In this document: in pieces, positions 19,319 through 29,033 of the stretch
Layout of the letters: each line of letters begins with the position of its first letter
Numbering within the stretch: the first letter of the stretch is position 1
Assembly: GCA_016177615.1 (NCBI GenBank)
Contig: JACOUX010000019.1
Location: forward strand, 1-59,965
Length of the DNA stretch: 59,965 nt
Reading direction: 5' to 3'
Source of the DNA: Candidatus Woesearchaeota archaeon
Lineage (GTDB): Archaea; Nanobdellota; Nanobdellia; Woesearchaeales; GW2011-AR4
Notes under the pieces: model-generated
The model's input: only the letters and a program-made list of their open reading frames with translations
Told to the model about the DNA's origin: nothing
Databases searched by the model: none
Program-made: the position numbers and the translations under genes

Positions 19319-19930
19319 TTAATCAGAATGCCTTATCTTTTCAATCAGCGCGAATATGATAAGATGGTGAAGCGCTATATGGAATGACTCAACATGAGGG
19401 GTTGAGTCTGCAGGAACAACAATACATGCGTCGCATATCTTCCTGAACATGCCTCCGTCAAATCCGGAAAAGCCGATTGTCTTTGCCCCTTTATCTTTGG
19501 CAAACTTCATTGCCTTTGGCAGGTTTTGGGACCACAAGCCGGCATCACCTGTGCCAGAGCCGCCGTGCACTGAAAACCCGACAACAACATCTCTAGGCTC
19601 TATAAGGTTTTCAAGCTGTCCCGTGAAAAGATTTTCAAACCCGTTGTCATTTGTCCATGCGCTCATAAGGGGAATATTGTCAGTCAATCCTATTGCCTTG
19701 AACCTTTTCTTTCCCGGCACGATAGAGGTCTTTGACAGGTCAGCAGCGAAGTGCGTTGCAGTGGAAGCTGACCCTCCGTTGCCCATTGCATAGACCTTGT
19801 TGCCATTCCTCCATGCCTCAAAAAGAATGTCGATTGCCTTGCTAATGTCTTCTTTCGATGTTTTTTCAATTACCTCGTGCATTTCGGAAAAATATTTTTC
19901 TATGAATTGCAAATTTTCCATTTTCATCAA
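19319..19930 (-). CDS. gmhA: Phosphoheptose (sedoheptulose-7-P) isomerase, SIS domain
   Basis: GNGGSASTATHFAADL and FSVHGGSG motifs, about 200 aa. Confidence 0.85.
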   Translation of the reverse strand: MMKMENLQFIEKYFSEMHEVIEKTSKEDISKAIDILFEAWRNGNKVYAMGNGGSASTATHFAADLSKTSIVPGKKRFKAIGLTDNIPLMSAWTNDNGFENLFTGQLENLIEPRDVVVGFSVHGGSGTGDAGLWSQNLPKAMKFAKDKGAKTIGFSGFDGGMFRKICDACIVVPADSTPHVESFHIALHHLIIFALIEKIRHSD

Positions 19931-20907
19931 ATGTCCAAAACAACCTTAGAGCCCTCAAAATCGAACCCGAAGCGCATCTCCTTTAAGCCTTTTTCTGCCA
20001 TTGCCTTTCTGAGGCCGGATTTGGCGCCGTCGCAGTAAAACATGAAAAATCCCCCTCCGCCTGCTCCCATTATCTTCCCTCCCATGGCCCCGCTTTTTAT
20101 GGCAGCATTATAGCACTCGTCTATAAATCCGTTCGATACCCTGCTTGATATTTTTTTCTTCGCGTTCCAGTGCACGTCAAGCATCTCCCCGAATCCTTTG
20201 GTGTTTCCCGACTCAAGACATTTTTTTGTCTTGATCGCTATCTCCTTGATTTTATGAAGATAGTCAACAGCATTCCCGCTTTCCTGGACAGACTTGTTTT
20301 GCTCTGAAAGCACATAAGATGACGGCCTTCTTATGCCGGTATAGAAAAGAAGGATATTATTTTCCAGCTCTTCCAGGGCATCACGAGCGATTTTCAGAGG
20401 AGTGACTGTAACTTTTCCGCTGCTGTCAAATTCAAGGCACTTTAAGCCCCCAAAAGATGCCATGTACTGGTCCTGCTTTCCGATAGGCTCCTTCAATATG
20501 TTTATCTCTATCCTGCAGGCTTCTTCAGCAATCTCATGGTTTGTTATATGCTCCCTTTTATGCGCGTGAATAGCCCTTAAAAGCCCAACAAGGAAGCTGC
20601 TGGAAGTTCCAAGGCCGCTGTTTGAAGGCACATCAGCCAATGATGTAATCTCAATTCCATCTGTGATTCCGAAAAGCCTGAGGCTCTCCCTCACTGTTGG
20701 ATGCTGCAACTCATCAACATTATTAACGGTCTCTGTCTTTGAGTATTTGACCTGAAGTCCGCTTTCGAACATCTTTGTAAGAGTCACATAAATATATTTG
20801 TTTATGGCCCCTGCAAGAAGAAAGCCATTATGCTTTGAATAATAGGATGCTAAGTCAGTGCCGCCTCCTCCAAGTGATATCCTTACAGGGGTCCTTGTTA
20901 TTATCAT
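19927..20907 (-). CDS. hddA: GHMP kinase, HddA-like (D-glycero-alpha-D-manno-heptose-7-P kinase)
   Basis: RISLGGGGTDL N-terminus, GHMP motif II VPSNSGLGTSSS and GAGGGGF motif III. ATGA overlap with gmhA. Confidence 0.75.
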   Translation of the reverse strand: MIITRTPVRISLGGGGTDLASYYSKHNGFLLAGAINKYIYVTLTKMFESGLQVKYSKTETVNNVDELQHPTVRESLRLFGITDGIEITSLADVPSNSGLGTSSSFLVGLLRAIHAHKREHITNHEIAEEACRIEINILKEPIGKQDQYMASFGGLKCLEFDSSGKVTVTPLKIARDALEELENNILLFYTGIRRPSSYVLSEQNKSVQESGNAVDYLHKIKEIAIKTKKCLESGNTKGFGEMLDVHWNAKKKISSRVSNGFIDECYNAAIKSGAMGGKIMGAGGGGFFMFYCDGAKSGLRKAMAEKGLKEMRFGFDFEGSKVVLDI

Positions 20908-20933
20908 AGAATCAGAGTAATAAATAACGCAAT

Positions 20934-22091
20934 TTAAACGTTTTGTTTCTCAGTAACAGGAATGGGAAATTCAGGCTTGTTTGCAGCGCCGTTGAACAGC
21001 TTTCTCGCCTTCAAGTCTGCGTACTTCACTGCTGCCTTGGCAAGCTGCTTGGGGTTAAACAGGACATTTGTGGATAATTGGCACTCGAAGGTGCAGAAGC
21101 ATTTTGTGTCCTTTATGTCCTTTCTAAGGGCTCCTGATGCTTCGTTGAGCCATATTTTTCTAAGATCATAATCGACATCCTTTAAGTTTCCCATCTTGCT
21201 GTCAGCCCTTATCTCGCATGCAAATACATCTCCTGTGGGATAGATAATTCCGTTTGTGATTCCAGCATAGCATGGGCTTTGGTACTTGCCTGTTTCAAAT
21301 GTCCTGACAAGCATGTCCCTGAAGACAAGGTTTGTTGCAGTATATAAATCTCCACCAAGAACCTTATAGCCCCCTATCTTGCCTTCCCTGATTTTTTTTT
21401 CTGTTTCTGCAAGCAGCTCCTTGTAGTGCTTGAGTGAATCCCCTGAAAGCTTTGCGCTTTTTGGCTTGCCCCTAAGCATGTTTATCTGAAAAAAATCAAC
21501 CTTGTATGTGTCTGTTATATAGTCAAACACTTCTTTTATTGAGGAGTCATTCTCCCCTGTCAGTGTGCATATGATTCCCACATCAAGCCTGCTGTATTTT
21601 TTCTTCAGCTCCAGAAGGCCCTTCAATGTTTCCATTGATTTTGAGAAGCACCCCTCCATTCCCCTTATCTGCTCATGCAGCTTTTCAGAGCCGTCGATTG
21701 AAACGCTTATATGCAGGTACAAGCCATGATTTTCCGACATTATCCTGTCCACTTTCTCAAGAGTCAATTTTGTCAGTGTGCCGTTTGTCGGGATTGATGC
21801 TATCCTCATTCCTGAATTTACCCTGAAATAATGTATGATCTTGTCTATGTCCTGCCGGAGAAAAGGCTCTCCTCCTGTAAATCCAACGTTGATGAGGTTG
21901 CTGACACTTTTAGTGAGCTTTTCGATATTATGGAGGTCGATTTCATTTTTCTTGTTAAGTTCTTCCCAATAAAAACAGTGGCTGCACTTGAGATTGCACC
22001 TGTCCGTCACATAGAAAATAAGATAGACCGGCATCTGTTTTTTTTTGTAAAATACGGTTTTGAGATGCTTTAAGTCTTGGAGTTCCAGCAT
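20934..22091 (-). CDS. Radical SAM enzyme with C-terminal SPASM/twitch-like Cys cluster
   Basis: CNLKCSHCF (CX3CX2C) near the N-terminus. C-terminal cysteines lie in SPCYAG, FACE and CFCTFEC. Confidence 0.8.
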   Translation of the reverse strand: MLELQDLKHLKTVFYKKKQMPVYLIFYVTDRCNLKCSHCFYWEELNKKNEIDLHNIEKLTKSVSNLINVGFTGGEPFLRQDIDKIIHYFRVNSGMRIASIPTNGTLTKLTLEKVDRIMSENHGLYLHISVSIDGSEKLHEQIRGMEGCFSKSMETLKGLLELKKKYSRLDVGIICTLTGENDSSIKEVFDYITDTYKVDFFQINMLRGKPKSAKLSGDSLKHYKELLAETEKKIREGKIGGYKVLGGDLYTATNLVFRDMLVRTFETGKYQSPCYAGITNGIIYPTGDVFACEIRADSKMGNLKDVDYDLRKIWLNEASGALRKDIKDTKCFCTFECQLSTNVLFNPKQLAKAAVKYADLKARKLFNGAANKPEFPIPVTEKQNV

Positions 22092-22094
22092 TTT

Positions 22095-23117
22095 CTATCC
22101 CCTGTTGCTAGGCCAATTGCAGTTTAAATATATTTCTGCTGCCTTTTTGCCTTCAAACGCGATGTTGAGCATTGATTTTATAAGGGCAAGATTTCCAAAA
22201 ATGGCCGATTTCAGGAAAGGGGTTGTGATATATAAAACTATCATCATAGTAATGTAAATGATTCCGTATATTAATGACACATATGAAATCCCTATGAAAA
22301 TGCCAAAAAGCAGGATAAAAAACAGAAAAGGCTGTAGGATGTATATTCCCAATTCAAAAGGATATATGGCCATGCCGAAAAGGCCGTATTTTGGATTGAA
22401 CAGCACGTCGCGGTTGCTCAGCATAACCAAAATCAGTCCAGTGCCCCTCCTTTCTTTCTGGGAACTGAGATCCTTGATAGATCTTAGTGATTCCTCGTAA
22501 AAAACGCATTCGCTTATGTATTTTACTTTATATCCCAGTTTCCTTATCTTTATTGCTATGTCTGTGTCGTCATAGAATGTGCCTATTTTCATCATGAGTT
22601 TTTTTTTCACAATCATGAACTGGCCGTGGAACACAGGTGCAGAGTCCAGTCTTGATTCCATCAGCCTTAATTTGGTGTAAAATTTCCTATAAGAGTCTTC
22701 AACACTAAAAGCATTGTGGCTTTGGCTCTTCGCCACAAGATTTTGGATGCCGCATACTGCTCCTATTTCATCGCTTGAGATATGTGGAATTGCTTTTTTC
22801 AATATGTCCTTTTTAAGCATGACGTCTGCATCTGTAATTGCGAATAAATCATGCCTTGCATAGCTTAAGGCCGTATTGACGCAGCCGACCTTTCCTTTTT
22901 GCTGCTTGTTTCGGACCAGCCTCACATTGCTGAACCTTGAGCAATATTTTTTTGCGATTTCCAAAGAATTGTCATTCGAGAAATCATCAACCAAAAGGAC
23001 ATCAAAGCAGTTTTTTGGGTAATCAAGGGCAAGAGTGTTCTCAATTTTCCTTGAAATTATCTTTTCTTCATTGAAAAACGGAATGGCTATTGTAAACTTT
23101 GGGATGCTCATTTTCAT
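22095..23117 (-). CDS. Membrane-anchored GT2 glycosyltransferase (processive synthase-like)
   Basis: IAIPFFNEE...LVDDFSNDNS...TDADV plus a QKERR (QxxRW-like) motif and C-terminal TM helices. Confidence 0.8.
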   Translation of the reverse strand: MKMSIPKFTIAIPFFNEEKIISRKIENTLALDYPKNCFDVLLVDDFSNDNSLEIAKKYCSRFSNVRLVRNKQQKGKVGCVNTALSYARHDLFAITDADVMLKKDILKKAIPHISSDEIGAVCGIQNLVAKSQSHNAFSVEDSYRKFYTKLRLMESRLDSAPVFHGQFMIVKKKLMMKIGTFYDDTDIAIKIRKLGYKVKYISECVFYEESLRSIKDLSSQKERRGTGLILVMLSNRDVLFNPKYGLFGMAIYPFELGIYILQPFLFFILLFGIFIGISYVSLIYGIIYITMMIVLYITTPFLKSAIFGNLALIKSMLNIAFEGKKAAEIYLNCNWPSNRG

Positions 23118-24622
23118 GCTATTATCTTTGCATCTACAAGCTGGGCATTCTCCTGAGTATTTTCTTCTGCATCAAACGAGACGAGCTGGTATCTGTTGAA
23201 GCTTATGTTTCTCTTCTCCTTAACCCTGTTTTCCTGGTGGTATCTGTAGTGCTCAATTCCCATGCTTGTATATTTTTCCGACAGCTCTATGTCTTTGTCC
23301 AGGATCATGTTAAAAGCTTCAGCGTTGCACAGCTGGTTATAGCTGTAGCCTTCATATTTTTTAATCTCATCTTCATATTCTTTTATCCCCATCTCTGCGT
23401 TTAAGTACCATGGGAATATCATCCAGTACCTCATCAGAGTGTCGTTGCTTATTGTAGGCAGGTTAAGGACAGGCTCGAAATTCCATACATTTGCCTCTTT
23501 TCCGTTGAACAGGCCGTTTTTTTGGCAGTAGTCAAAAAGATCGGTGCCCTTGACAGGAATCAAAAAAGTCGGCCTCAGCAAGGTTGGCCTTACTTTGGCA
23601 ATCAGCGAGATTGTATCATTTAAAGTGCTTTCATCCTCTCCTGGGATTCCAAAGATAATATAGGCATAGCTCCTGATGCCGTATTTCCTGCAAAGCCCAA
23701 AGCCTTTAACTATCTTATCATAGTTCAGCTGCTTTTTCACAAAGTCAAGCAGCTTCTGGCTTCCTGTCTCAAGGCCAAACTGGATTTCCCTGCAGCCGCT
23801 GTCAGCAAGTGCCTTGGCTGTAACATCAACCAAAGTGTCAAGCCTTGACTCAATGCAGTATTGTATCCCGTAAACATCATAAATCTCTTTTTTGTACGCT
23901 GAAGTGAAGTCCATCAGCCATTTGAAGTTAAGGGTGAACAGGTCATCATCGAAATTGAATACCTTGACAGGAAATTTGCTTACAAGATATTTGAGCTCTT
24001 CTACTATCTTATCAACATTCTTTCTCCTGACGATATAGTAATTCTTCGCCTCATGTATTCTTGGGACTCCGCAGAAAGTGCATTTGTATGGGCATCCCCT
24101 TGAAAGCGGAAGGTTTAGCCACCCGTTTTTTGTGCCGATGATAGTGGCCATGTCAAGCAAATCCCAGTCTGTCATCGGCAGTGTGTTTATGTCTTCCACA
24201 GGCTTGCCATGGATTATTCCTTTTGCCTCAAGAAGCCCTTTGGCCATCTCCGAAAAGACTATCTCTCCATCTCCGACGACAAAAGCATCAAAGTTGGAGC
24301 CATTAAACTCATGCGGCGCAATGGTCGCATGAACTCCTCCAAGTATGATCGGCACCTTAATGCCATGGCTTTTCAGATATCCTGCAATCTGGTTGCTTCT
24401 TGTAAACTCAAAGGAAGTGCACGTGAACCCAATGATATCCGGGTTAAATTCCTTAATATCCTGCAGAATTACAGCGTCATTGTCAACAACGCCATTCTCG
24501 TTGTTTATGTGTATAACGCCAACCTTGTGGCCTTCGCTCTTCAACACAGCAGAAATAGCCTGCAAAGCAGGAGAATGGGCTATAGGGGAATACATATTAG
24601 GATAAATAAATAATATTCTCAT
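23114..24622 (-). CDS. B12-binding-domain radical SAM enzyme (class B, methyltransferase-like)
   Basis: N-terminal Rossmann-like cobalamin-binding domain (MRILFIYPN...GFTCTS...GGVHAT) followed by RGCPYKCTFC (CX3CX2C). Confidence 0.85.
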   Translation of the reverse strand: MRILFIYPNMYSPIAHSPALQAISAVLKSEGHKVGVIHINNENGVVDNDAVILQDIKEFNPDIIGFTCTSFEFTRSNQIAGYLKSHGIKVPIILGGVHATIAPHEFNGSNFDAFVVGDGEIVFSEMAKGLLEAKGIIHGKPVEDINTLPMTDWDLLDMATIIGTKNGWLNLPLSRGCPYKCTFCGVPRIHEAKNYYIVRRKNVDKIVEELKYLVSKFPVKVFNFDDDLFTLNFKWLMDFTSAYKKEIYDVYGIQYCIESRLDTLVDVTAKALADSGCREIQFGLETGSQKLLDFVKKQLNYDKIVKGFGLCRKYGIRSYAYIIFGIPGEDESTLNDTISLIAKVRPTLLRPTFLIPVKGTDLFDYCQKNGLFNGKEANVWNFEPVLNLPTISNDTLMRYWMIFPWYLNAEMGIKEYEDEIKKYEGYSYNQLCNAEAFNMILDKDIELSEKYTSMGIEHYRYHQENRVKEKRNISFNRYQLVSFDAEENTQENAQLVDAKIIA

Positions 24623-24681
24623 ATTAAAGGCTAAGCAGCCCTATAAGTTTATAAATATTTTGAAAATTAACGATAGTTAAC

Positions 24682-25404
24682 TCAATCCACGAACCTGTAC
24701 TTAATAATCGCCCAGAGCGACCTGAACCCGTCTCTTGCTATGTGGACTTTCTTTCCTTCCATAAACGACCTTGAGCTGTAGCTTACAGGGACTTCAACAG
24801 GCTTTATTCCTTTTTTAAGCAGCTTGGATATTATTTCCGCATCCAGCTCAAACCCTGTTGACTTGAACTTTATCCCTTTTATGGAATTCCTTGTAAATAC
24901 CTTGTACATTGTCGCTATGTCAGTCATCTTGACTCCGTAAAGAATGAGGTATGTTAGATTAAATATCAGCCCGCCATAGTTCAAAACAAGAGAAGACATC
25001 TTGTCCCCTTTTAACGCCCTTATTTTCCAATGGCCCCTCTTTAATGTCCTTGAGCCAAGCACAAACTCTGTTTTGCCCTCAGCTATCGGCTTTATCAGCC
25101 TTTTGTAGTCATTGACATCATATTCAAGGTCGGCATCCTGTATGATTATTATGTCGCCTGTTGCATTGCTCATGCCAATCCTGACTGCGCTTCCTTTTCC
25201 ATTGGCTTTTTTTTCAAAAATCACCTTTGTGCCGGACATTTTTCTGTATTTTCTCGCAATTTCCCTGCAGCCGTCAGTTGAATTGCTCTCAACGATAATT
25301 ACCTCTTTTTTGGCGCTTCCCAAGTCTACATTGTAAACCCTTCTGATAATCTCTGGAAATGTTTTTGCCTCGTTATAAACCGGAATTATTATCGAAACCT
25401 TCAT
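24682..25404 (-). CDS. GT2 glycosyltransferase (soluble, Dpm1/GtrB-like catalytic domain), tandem paralog A
   Basis: VSIIIPVYNEAKT...IIIIQDADLEYD. Roughly half the positions match the neighbouring paralog on visual alignment. Confidence 0.85.
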   Translation of the reverse strand: MKVSIIIPVYNEAKTFPEIIRRVYNVDLGSAKKEVIIVESNSTDGCREIARKYRKMSGTKVIFEKKANGKGSAVRIGMSNATGDIIIIQDADLEYDVNDYKRLIKPIAEGKTEFVLGSRTLKRGHWKIRALKGDKMSSLVLNYGGLIFNLTYLILYGVKMTDIATMYKVFTRNSIKGIKFKSTGFELDAEIISKLLKKGIKPVEVPVSYSSRSFMEGKKVHIARDGFRSLWAIIKYRFVD

Positions 25405-25406
25405 TT

Positions 25407-26105
25407 TCAGTTGAGAAACCTGTACTTTACAAGATAAAATGCCGCCTTAAGGCCGTCAACCCACGTAATTTTCTTGCCTTCATCAAATTTCCTGCCGAAA
25501 AACTTTATCGGCACTTCGTGTATCTTATAGCCGTTCTTGAGGATTTTTGCCGTTATCTCAGGCTCAAAGTCAAACCTTTTTGACTTCAATATTATTTTTT
25601 TTAGCACTTCCCTTTTGATCACCTTATAGCCTGTTTCCATGTCTGTGATTTTTGCGCCGTACAAGGCATTTGTCATGAATGTCAGAAGCAGATTGCCAAG
25701 GTAATGCAGTTTATACATCTTATTCAGATTTTTCTTTATTGCCTGAAGCCTCGACCCATACACTACATCTGCTTCTCCCTTGATTATGGGAGCTAAAAGC
25801 CTTGGATACTCGCTTGGGTCATATTCAAGGTCGGCATCCTGTATCAATATTATGCCGCCTGTTGCCTTTTCAAGCCCTGTCCTGATTGCAGTCCCCTTTC
25901 CCATATTTCTTGGATGAAGCAATATTTTTATCCGGCTATCGCGGATTCTTTTCAAGATGTCTCTTGTCCCGTCGCCTGAGAAGTCGTCAACAATTATCAG
26001 CTCTTTGGATGCTTCTTTTAATTTTACATTCTTTACTTTTTCAATAACATCCCTTATGGTCTTTGCTTCGTTGTAGACTGGAATTATAATGGACAGCTTT
26101 TCCAT
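25407..26105 (-). CDS. GT2 glycosyltransferase, tandem paralog B
   Basis: LSIIIPVYNEAKT...IIVDDFSGDGT...ILIQDADLEYD. Confidence 0.85.
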   Translation of the reverse strand: MEKLSIIIPVYNEAKTIRDVIEKVKNVKLKEASKELIIVDDFSGDGTRDILKRIRDSRIKILLHPRNMGKGTAIRTGLEKATGGIILIQDADLEYDPSEYPRLLAPIIKGEADVVYGSRLQAIKKNLNKMYKLHYLGNLLLTFMTNALYGAKITDMETGYKVIKREVLKKIILKSKRFDFEPEITAKILKNGYKIHEVPIKFFGRKFDEGKKITWVDGLKAAFYLVKYRFLN

Positions 26106-26136
26106 CAGAAATTAAAACTTAAAATCGTTTAAAAAA

Positions 26137-26634
26137 CTATTGATTTCTGTAAACGCTCAGGATTCTGCTTATGACTTTTGTTGTCGAATATTCCTTCTCC
26201 ATCTTCGCTATTACAATTTTCCCCCCATTATTTTCAACAATGCCTTTTTCCAAGATTTCGCTTGGGCTGTAATCGCCCCCTTTTGAGTGGACATTCGGCT
26301 TTATTTTTGACAGCCAGCTTCTTGGATCAGGTTCCCTGAACGTGAAGATATAATCGACGCTTTCCAGCCCAGCCAAAACACCCATTCTTGATTTCTCATT
26401 GTTGATTGGCCTCTTGTCACTTTTGAACTGCTTGACAGAAGAATCAGAATTTATGCCCACTATCAGTATATCGCCCAGCCTTTTTGCCTCCTCAAGGTAC
26501 TTTACATGCCCGAGGTGCAGGATGTCAAAAACCCCGTTTGTGGTAACAATTTTTTTGTTTTCCTTTTTCAGCCTTTTGGCTATTTTGATAATTTCTCCCA
26601 AAGTCTTGATTTTATCGCTTATTGCCATTTTCAA
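26137..26634 (-). CDS. hldC: D-beta-D-heptose-1-phosphate adenylyltransferase (stand-alone RfaE/HldE domain II)
   Basis: TTNGVFDILHLGHVKYLEEAK (HxGH cytidylyltransferase-fold motif); 165 aa. Confidence 0.8.
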   Translation of the reverse strand: MKMAISDKIKTLGEIIKIAKRLKKENKKIVTTNGVFDILHLGHVKYLEEAKRLGDILIVGINSDSSVKQFKSDKRPINNEKSRMGVLAGLESVDYIFTFREPDPRSWLSKIKPNVHSKGGDYSPSEILEKGIVENNGGKIVIAKMEKEYSTTKVISRILSVYRNQ

Positions 26635-27154
26635 AGTTCTCTATAATCCACTTAGCGGCATCCAGCAGGTCTCTTGCGGCATAATCAGGATGAACTTCAT
26701 TTTTCGCATTGCTTCCATAGCCAGTCATGACATGAATTGTCCTGCACCCTGCATCCCTTCCCATCTCGAAATCGCTTTTCCTGTCCCCTATGACAAAAGA
26801 CTTCTGCAGATCCACATTAAACTCCTCTTCTGCCTGTTTCAGAAGCTTGATTTTCGGCTTTCTGCAATCGCAGTTGTCATCAGGCTTGTGCGGGCAGTAA
26901 TAAGTCTTTGCAATTGATATTCCGTTCTTTTTCAATTCATCCAGGACCCTTTTATTGTAATTAAAAAAATCCTCAAGCTTGTAGTATCCCCTTCCTATTC
27001 CGGACTGGTTTGTGATAAAAAATAATTTATAATCCTTGAGCACTTTAAGCCCTTCAATTGCGTTTGGAATCAGCTTAAAGTCCTCTATCCTGTGCACATA
27101 TCCTATGTCCTCTGTCACGACCCCATCACGATCCATGAAAATAGCCGGCATCAT
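26612..27154 (-). CDS. gmhB: D,D-heptose 1,7-bisphosphate phosphatase (GmhB), copy 2
   Basis: IFMDRDGVV and DNCDCRKPK motifs; 180 aa. Confidence 0.85.
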   Translation of the reverse strand: MMPAIFMDRDGVVTEDIGYVHRIEDFKLIPNAIEGLKVLKDYKLFFITNQSGIGRGYYKLEDFFNYNKRVLDELKKNGISIAKTYYCPHKPDDNCDCRKPKIKLLKQAEEEFNVDLQKSFVIGDRKSDFEMGRDAGCRTIHVMTGYGSNAKNEVHPDYAARDLLDAAKWIIENFENGNKR

Positions 27155-28125
27155 AAGTCCTTAATCTCCTTTTTTATTTCATCAATGCTCACCGTTGCCG
27201 TGCCTATCTTGCCTACTTTTATGCCAGCTGCAATATTTGCAATGACAGCGGCGTCCTTCAGGCTGGCGCCCGAGGCCATCGCAAGGGCAATTGCAGCAAC
27301 AACAGTGTCGCCTGCCCCAATCAGGCTATAAACTTCCCTTGCTTTTGTTGGAATGTGGGTTATGCTTCCGCCTGGCTCAAATAAGGACATTCCTTTTTCC
27401 CCCCTGGTGACAAGCACACTTGTGTTCAGCTGCTTCAGAAGCCTGTTGCCGATTTCTATTACTGCTTCGTCACTTCCGTCTTCAATCCCCGCCATTTCAG
27501 ATGCTTCGGCATTATTTGGAGTTATCAAGGTTACATTTGAATAGAAATCCCTGTGCTTCGGCTTTGGGTCAACAATTATGGGCTTATTGAGTTTATTGCA
27601 TAATTCAATTGCCTTGCTGCCGATTTCCCTTGTAATTACTCCCTTTGCATAATCAGAAATGACCACTACATCCATGTCTTTTACGCTTCTTTCCAGAAAT
27701 TTTATTATCAGCGTCTCAACTTTTTTGTGCACGTGCTCTTTGTTCTCGTAATCAACCCTCAAAAGCTGCTGGCTCCTGCCTATCACCCTTATTTTCTGCG
27801 TCGTTGGCTTATCGCTGTCAGTAACAATTCCATCGGTAGTTATGCCCTTTTTTTTGAGCTCTTTAAGGAGAATGGCCTTTGCGCTGTCATTTCCGGCAAT
27901 GCCCACCATGACAGCCCTGCCGCTCAACGCAGAAATATTGTTGGCGACATTTGCTGCGCCCCCTGCCTCATAAGTTTCCCTAATCACATTTACCACCTGC
28001 ACTGGCGCCTCTGGGCTTATCCTTGAAACGTCGCCCCATATGTACTTGTCAAGCATTATGTCGCCTATGACCAGGATATTCTTGTTTTTGAAATTCTCCA
28101 GGATTTTCAGCAGCATTTGCTTCAT
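27151..28125 (-). CDS. hldA: D-beta-D-heptose-7-phosphate kinase (stand-alone RfaE/HldE domain I, PfkB family)
   Basis: ILVIGDIMLDKY N-terminus, GGAANVA and the IGAGDTVVA PfkB signature. Confidence 0.85.
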   Translation of the reverse strand: MKQMLLKILENFKNKNILVIGDIMLDKYIWGDVSRISPEAPVQVVNVIRETYEAGGAANVANNISALSGRAVMVGIAGNDSAKAILLKELKKKGITTDGIVTDSDKPTTQKIRVIGRSQQLLRVDYENKEHVHKKVETLIIKFLERSVKDMDVVVISDYAKGVITREIGSKAIELCNKLNKPIIVDPKPKHRDFYSNVTLITPNNAEASEMAGIEDGSDEAVIEIGNRLLKQLNTSVLVTRGEKGMSLFEPGGSITHIPTKAREVYSLIGAGDTVVAAIALAMASGASLKDAAVIANIAAGIKVGKIGTATVSIDEIKKEIKDL

Positions 28126-29033
28126 TTGATTTCACCCTTTTCAATAATCAGCCTGTGCAGCGTAGGTATTGTCTTTTCATGCCTTCCAATGATCATAAAT
28201 CCCTTTCCGCCTAATGAAATCGGCCTTGTCACAACATTTTCCCTTGGCCTGTAATGGTCAATCATGTCAAAGTTCGCAGCTGTGACGTTTTCAATTTTAT
28301 GCCCCAGATTTCTTGCGATTGTCAGTGCTTTTAAGAATACCTCAGGCAGGATTACTGCACACCCAACGTTTAAAATAATTCCCTCTTCAAGCTTGCTAAC
28401 GTTTTCAGTGAAAATCTTGAAATCCTGATATGAAGTTTTCCCGATTGCAGCCCCGTCGCAGCTCGGATGCTGGTGCACAATGTCGGTTCCGATTGCTATA
28501 TGCACAGTAACTGGAATCTTCAGCCTGTATGCATTGTACAAAATGCTGCATTCCTTGTTTGGCAAATTCAAGTCATTTATTTTTTTGCCGATAGCGTATC
28601 CCGCTCCAAAATTATTTTTTGCCCCTTCTTTCAGCGCGTCATTGAGAATTCGTCCGGTTTCCTCGGTCATTCCGAATGTTCCGTCTTCAATTGTTTGCTC
28701 GACATACTCTGAAGTTTCCCCTATTAATGCCAATTCAAAATCATGTATCGGGCCTGCGCCGTTCATAGCAACATGCTTTATTATCCCTTTTTTCATCAGG
28801 TCTATGACAAGAAAGCTCATTCCGGTCTTGATGACATGCGCACCCATCATGAGGATTATCTCCTTCTTCCTGACATGAGCATTGATTATTCTGTACACTA
28901 AATCATTCAATTCTATAGAATCCATTAAAATCTCGGAGTTTTCTGGCTTAATCAAATCACTTAGCCTTACCTTGTTCTTTCTCTGCCTTATGGGGATTGT
29001 CTTGATTTTGTTGAAGTCCAGCATTTTAATCAC
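28122..29033 (-). CDS. Deoxyhypusine-synthase-like (DHS/sirtuin-like Rossmann) family protein, function unknown
   Basis: MMGAHVIKTGMSFLVIDLMKKGIIKHVAMNGAGPIHDFE and IPVTVHIAIGTD follow the DHS-fold pattern (mobile Gly-rich segments, VxxxGxxxxD). Recognised from memory only. Confidence 0.45.
   Translation of the reverse strand: MIKMLDFNKIKTIPIRQRKNKVRLSDLIKPENSEILMDSIELNDLVYRIINAHVRKKEIILMMGAHVIKTGMSFLVIDLMKKGIIKHVAMNGAGPIHDFELALIGETSEYVEQTIEDGTFGMTEETGRILNDALKEGAKNNFGAGYAIGKKINDLNLPNKECSILYNAYRLKIPVTVHIAIGTDIVHQHPSCDGAAIGKTSYQDFKIFTENVSKLEEGIILNVGCAVILPEVFLKALTIARNLGHKIENVTAANFDMIDHYRPRENVVTRPISLGGKGFMIIGRHEKTIPTLHRLIIEKGEIK

Noticed and set aside
24682-26105. Tandem GT2 paralogs considered as a recent duplication or assembly artefact
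   Set aside because: The proteins match at only roughly half of their positions by eye, and their nucleotide sequences are clearly different. This is an old duplication, not a collapsed or expanded repeat. I recorded them as ordinary features.
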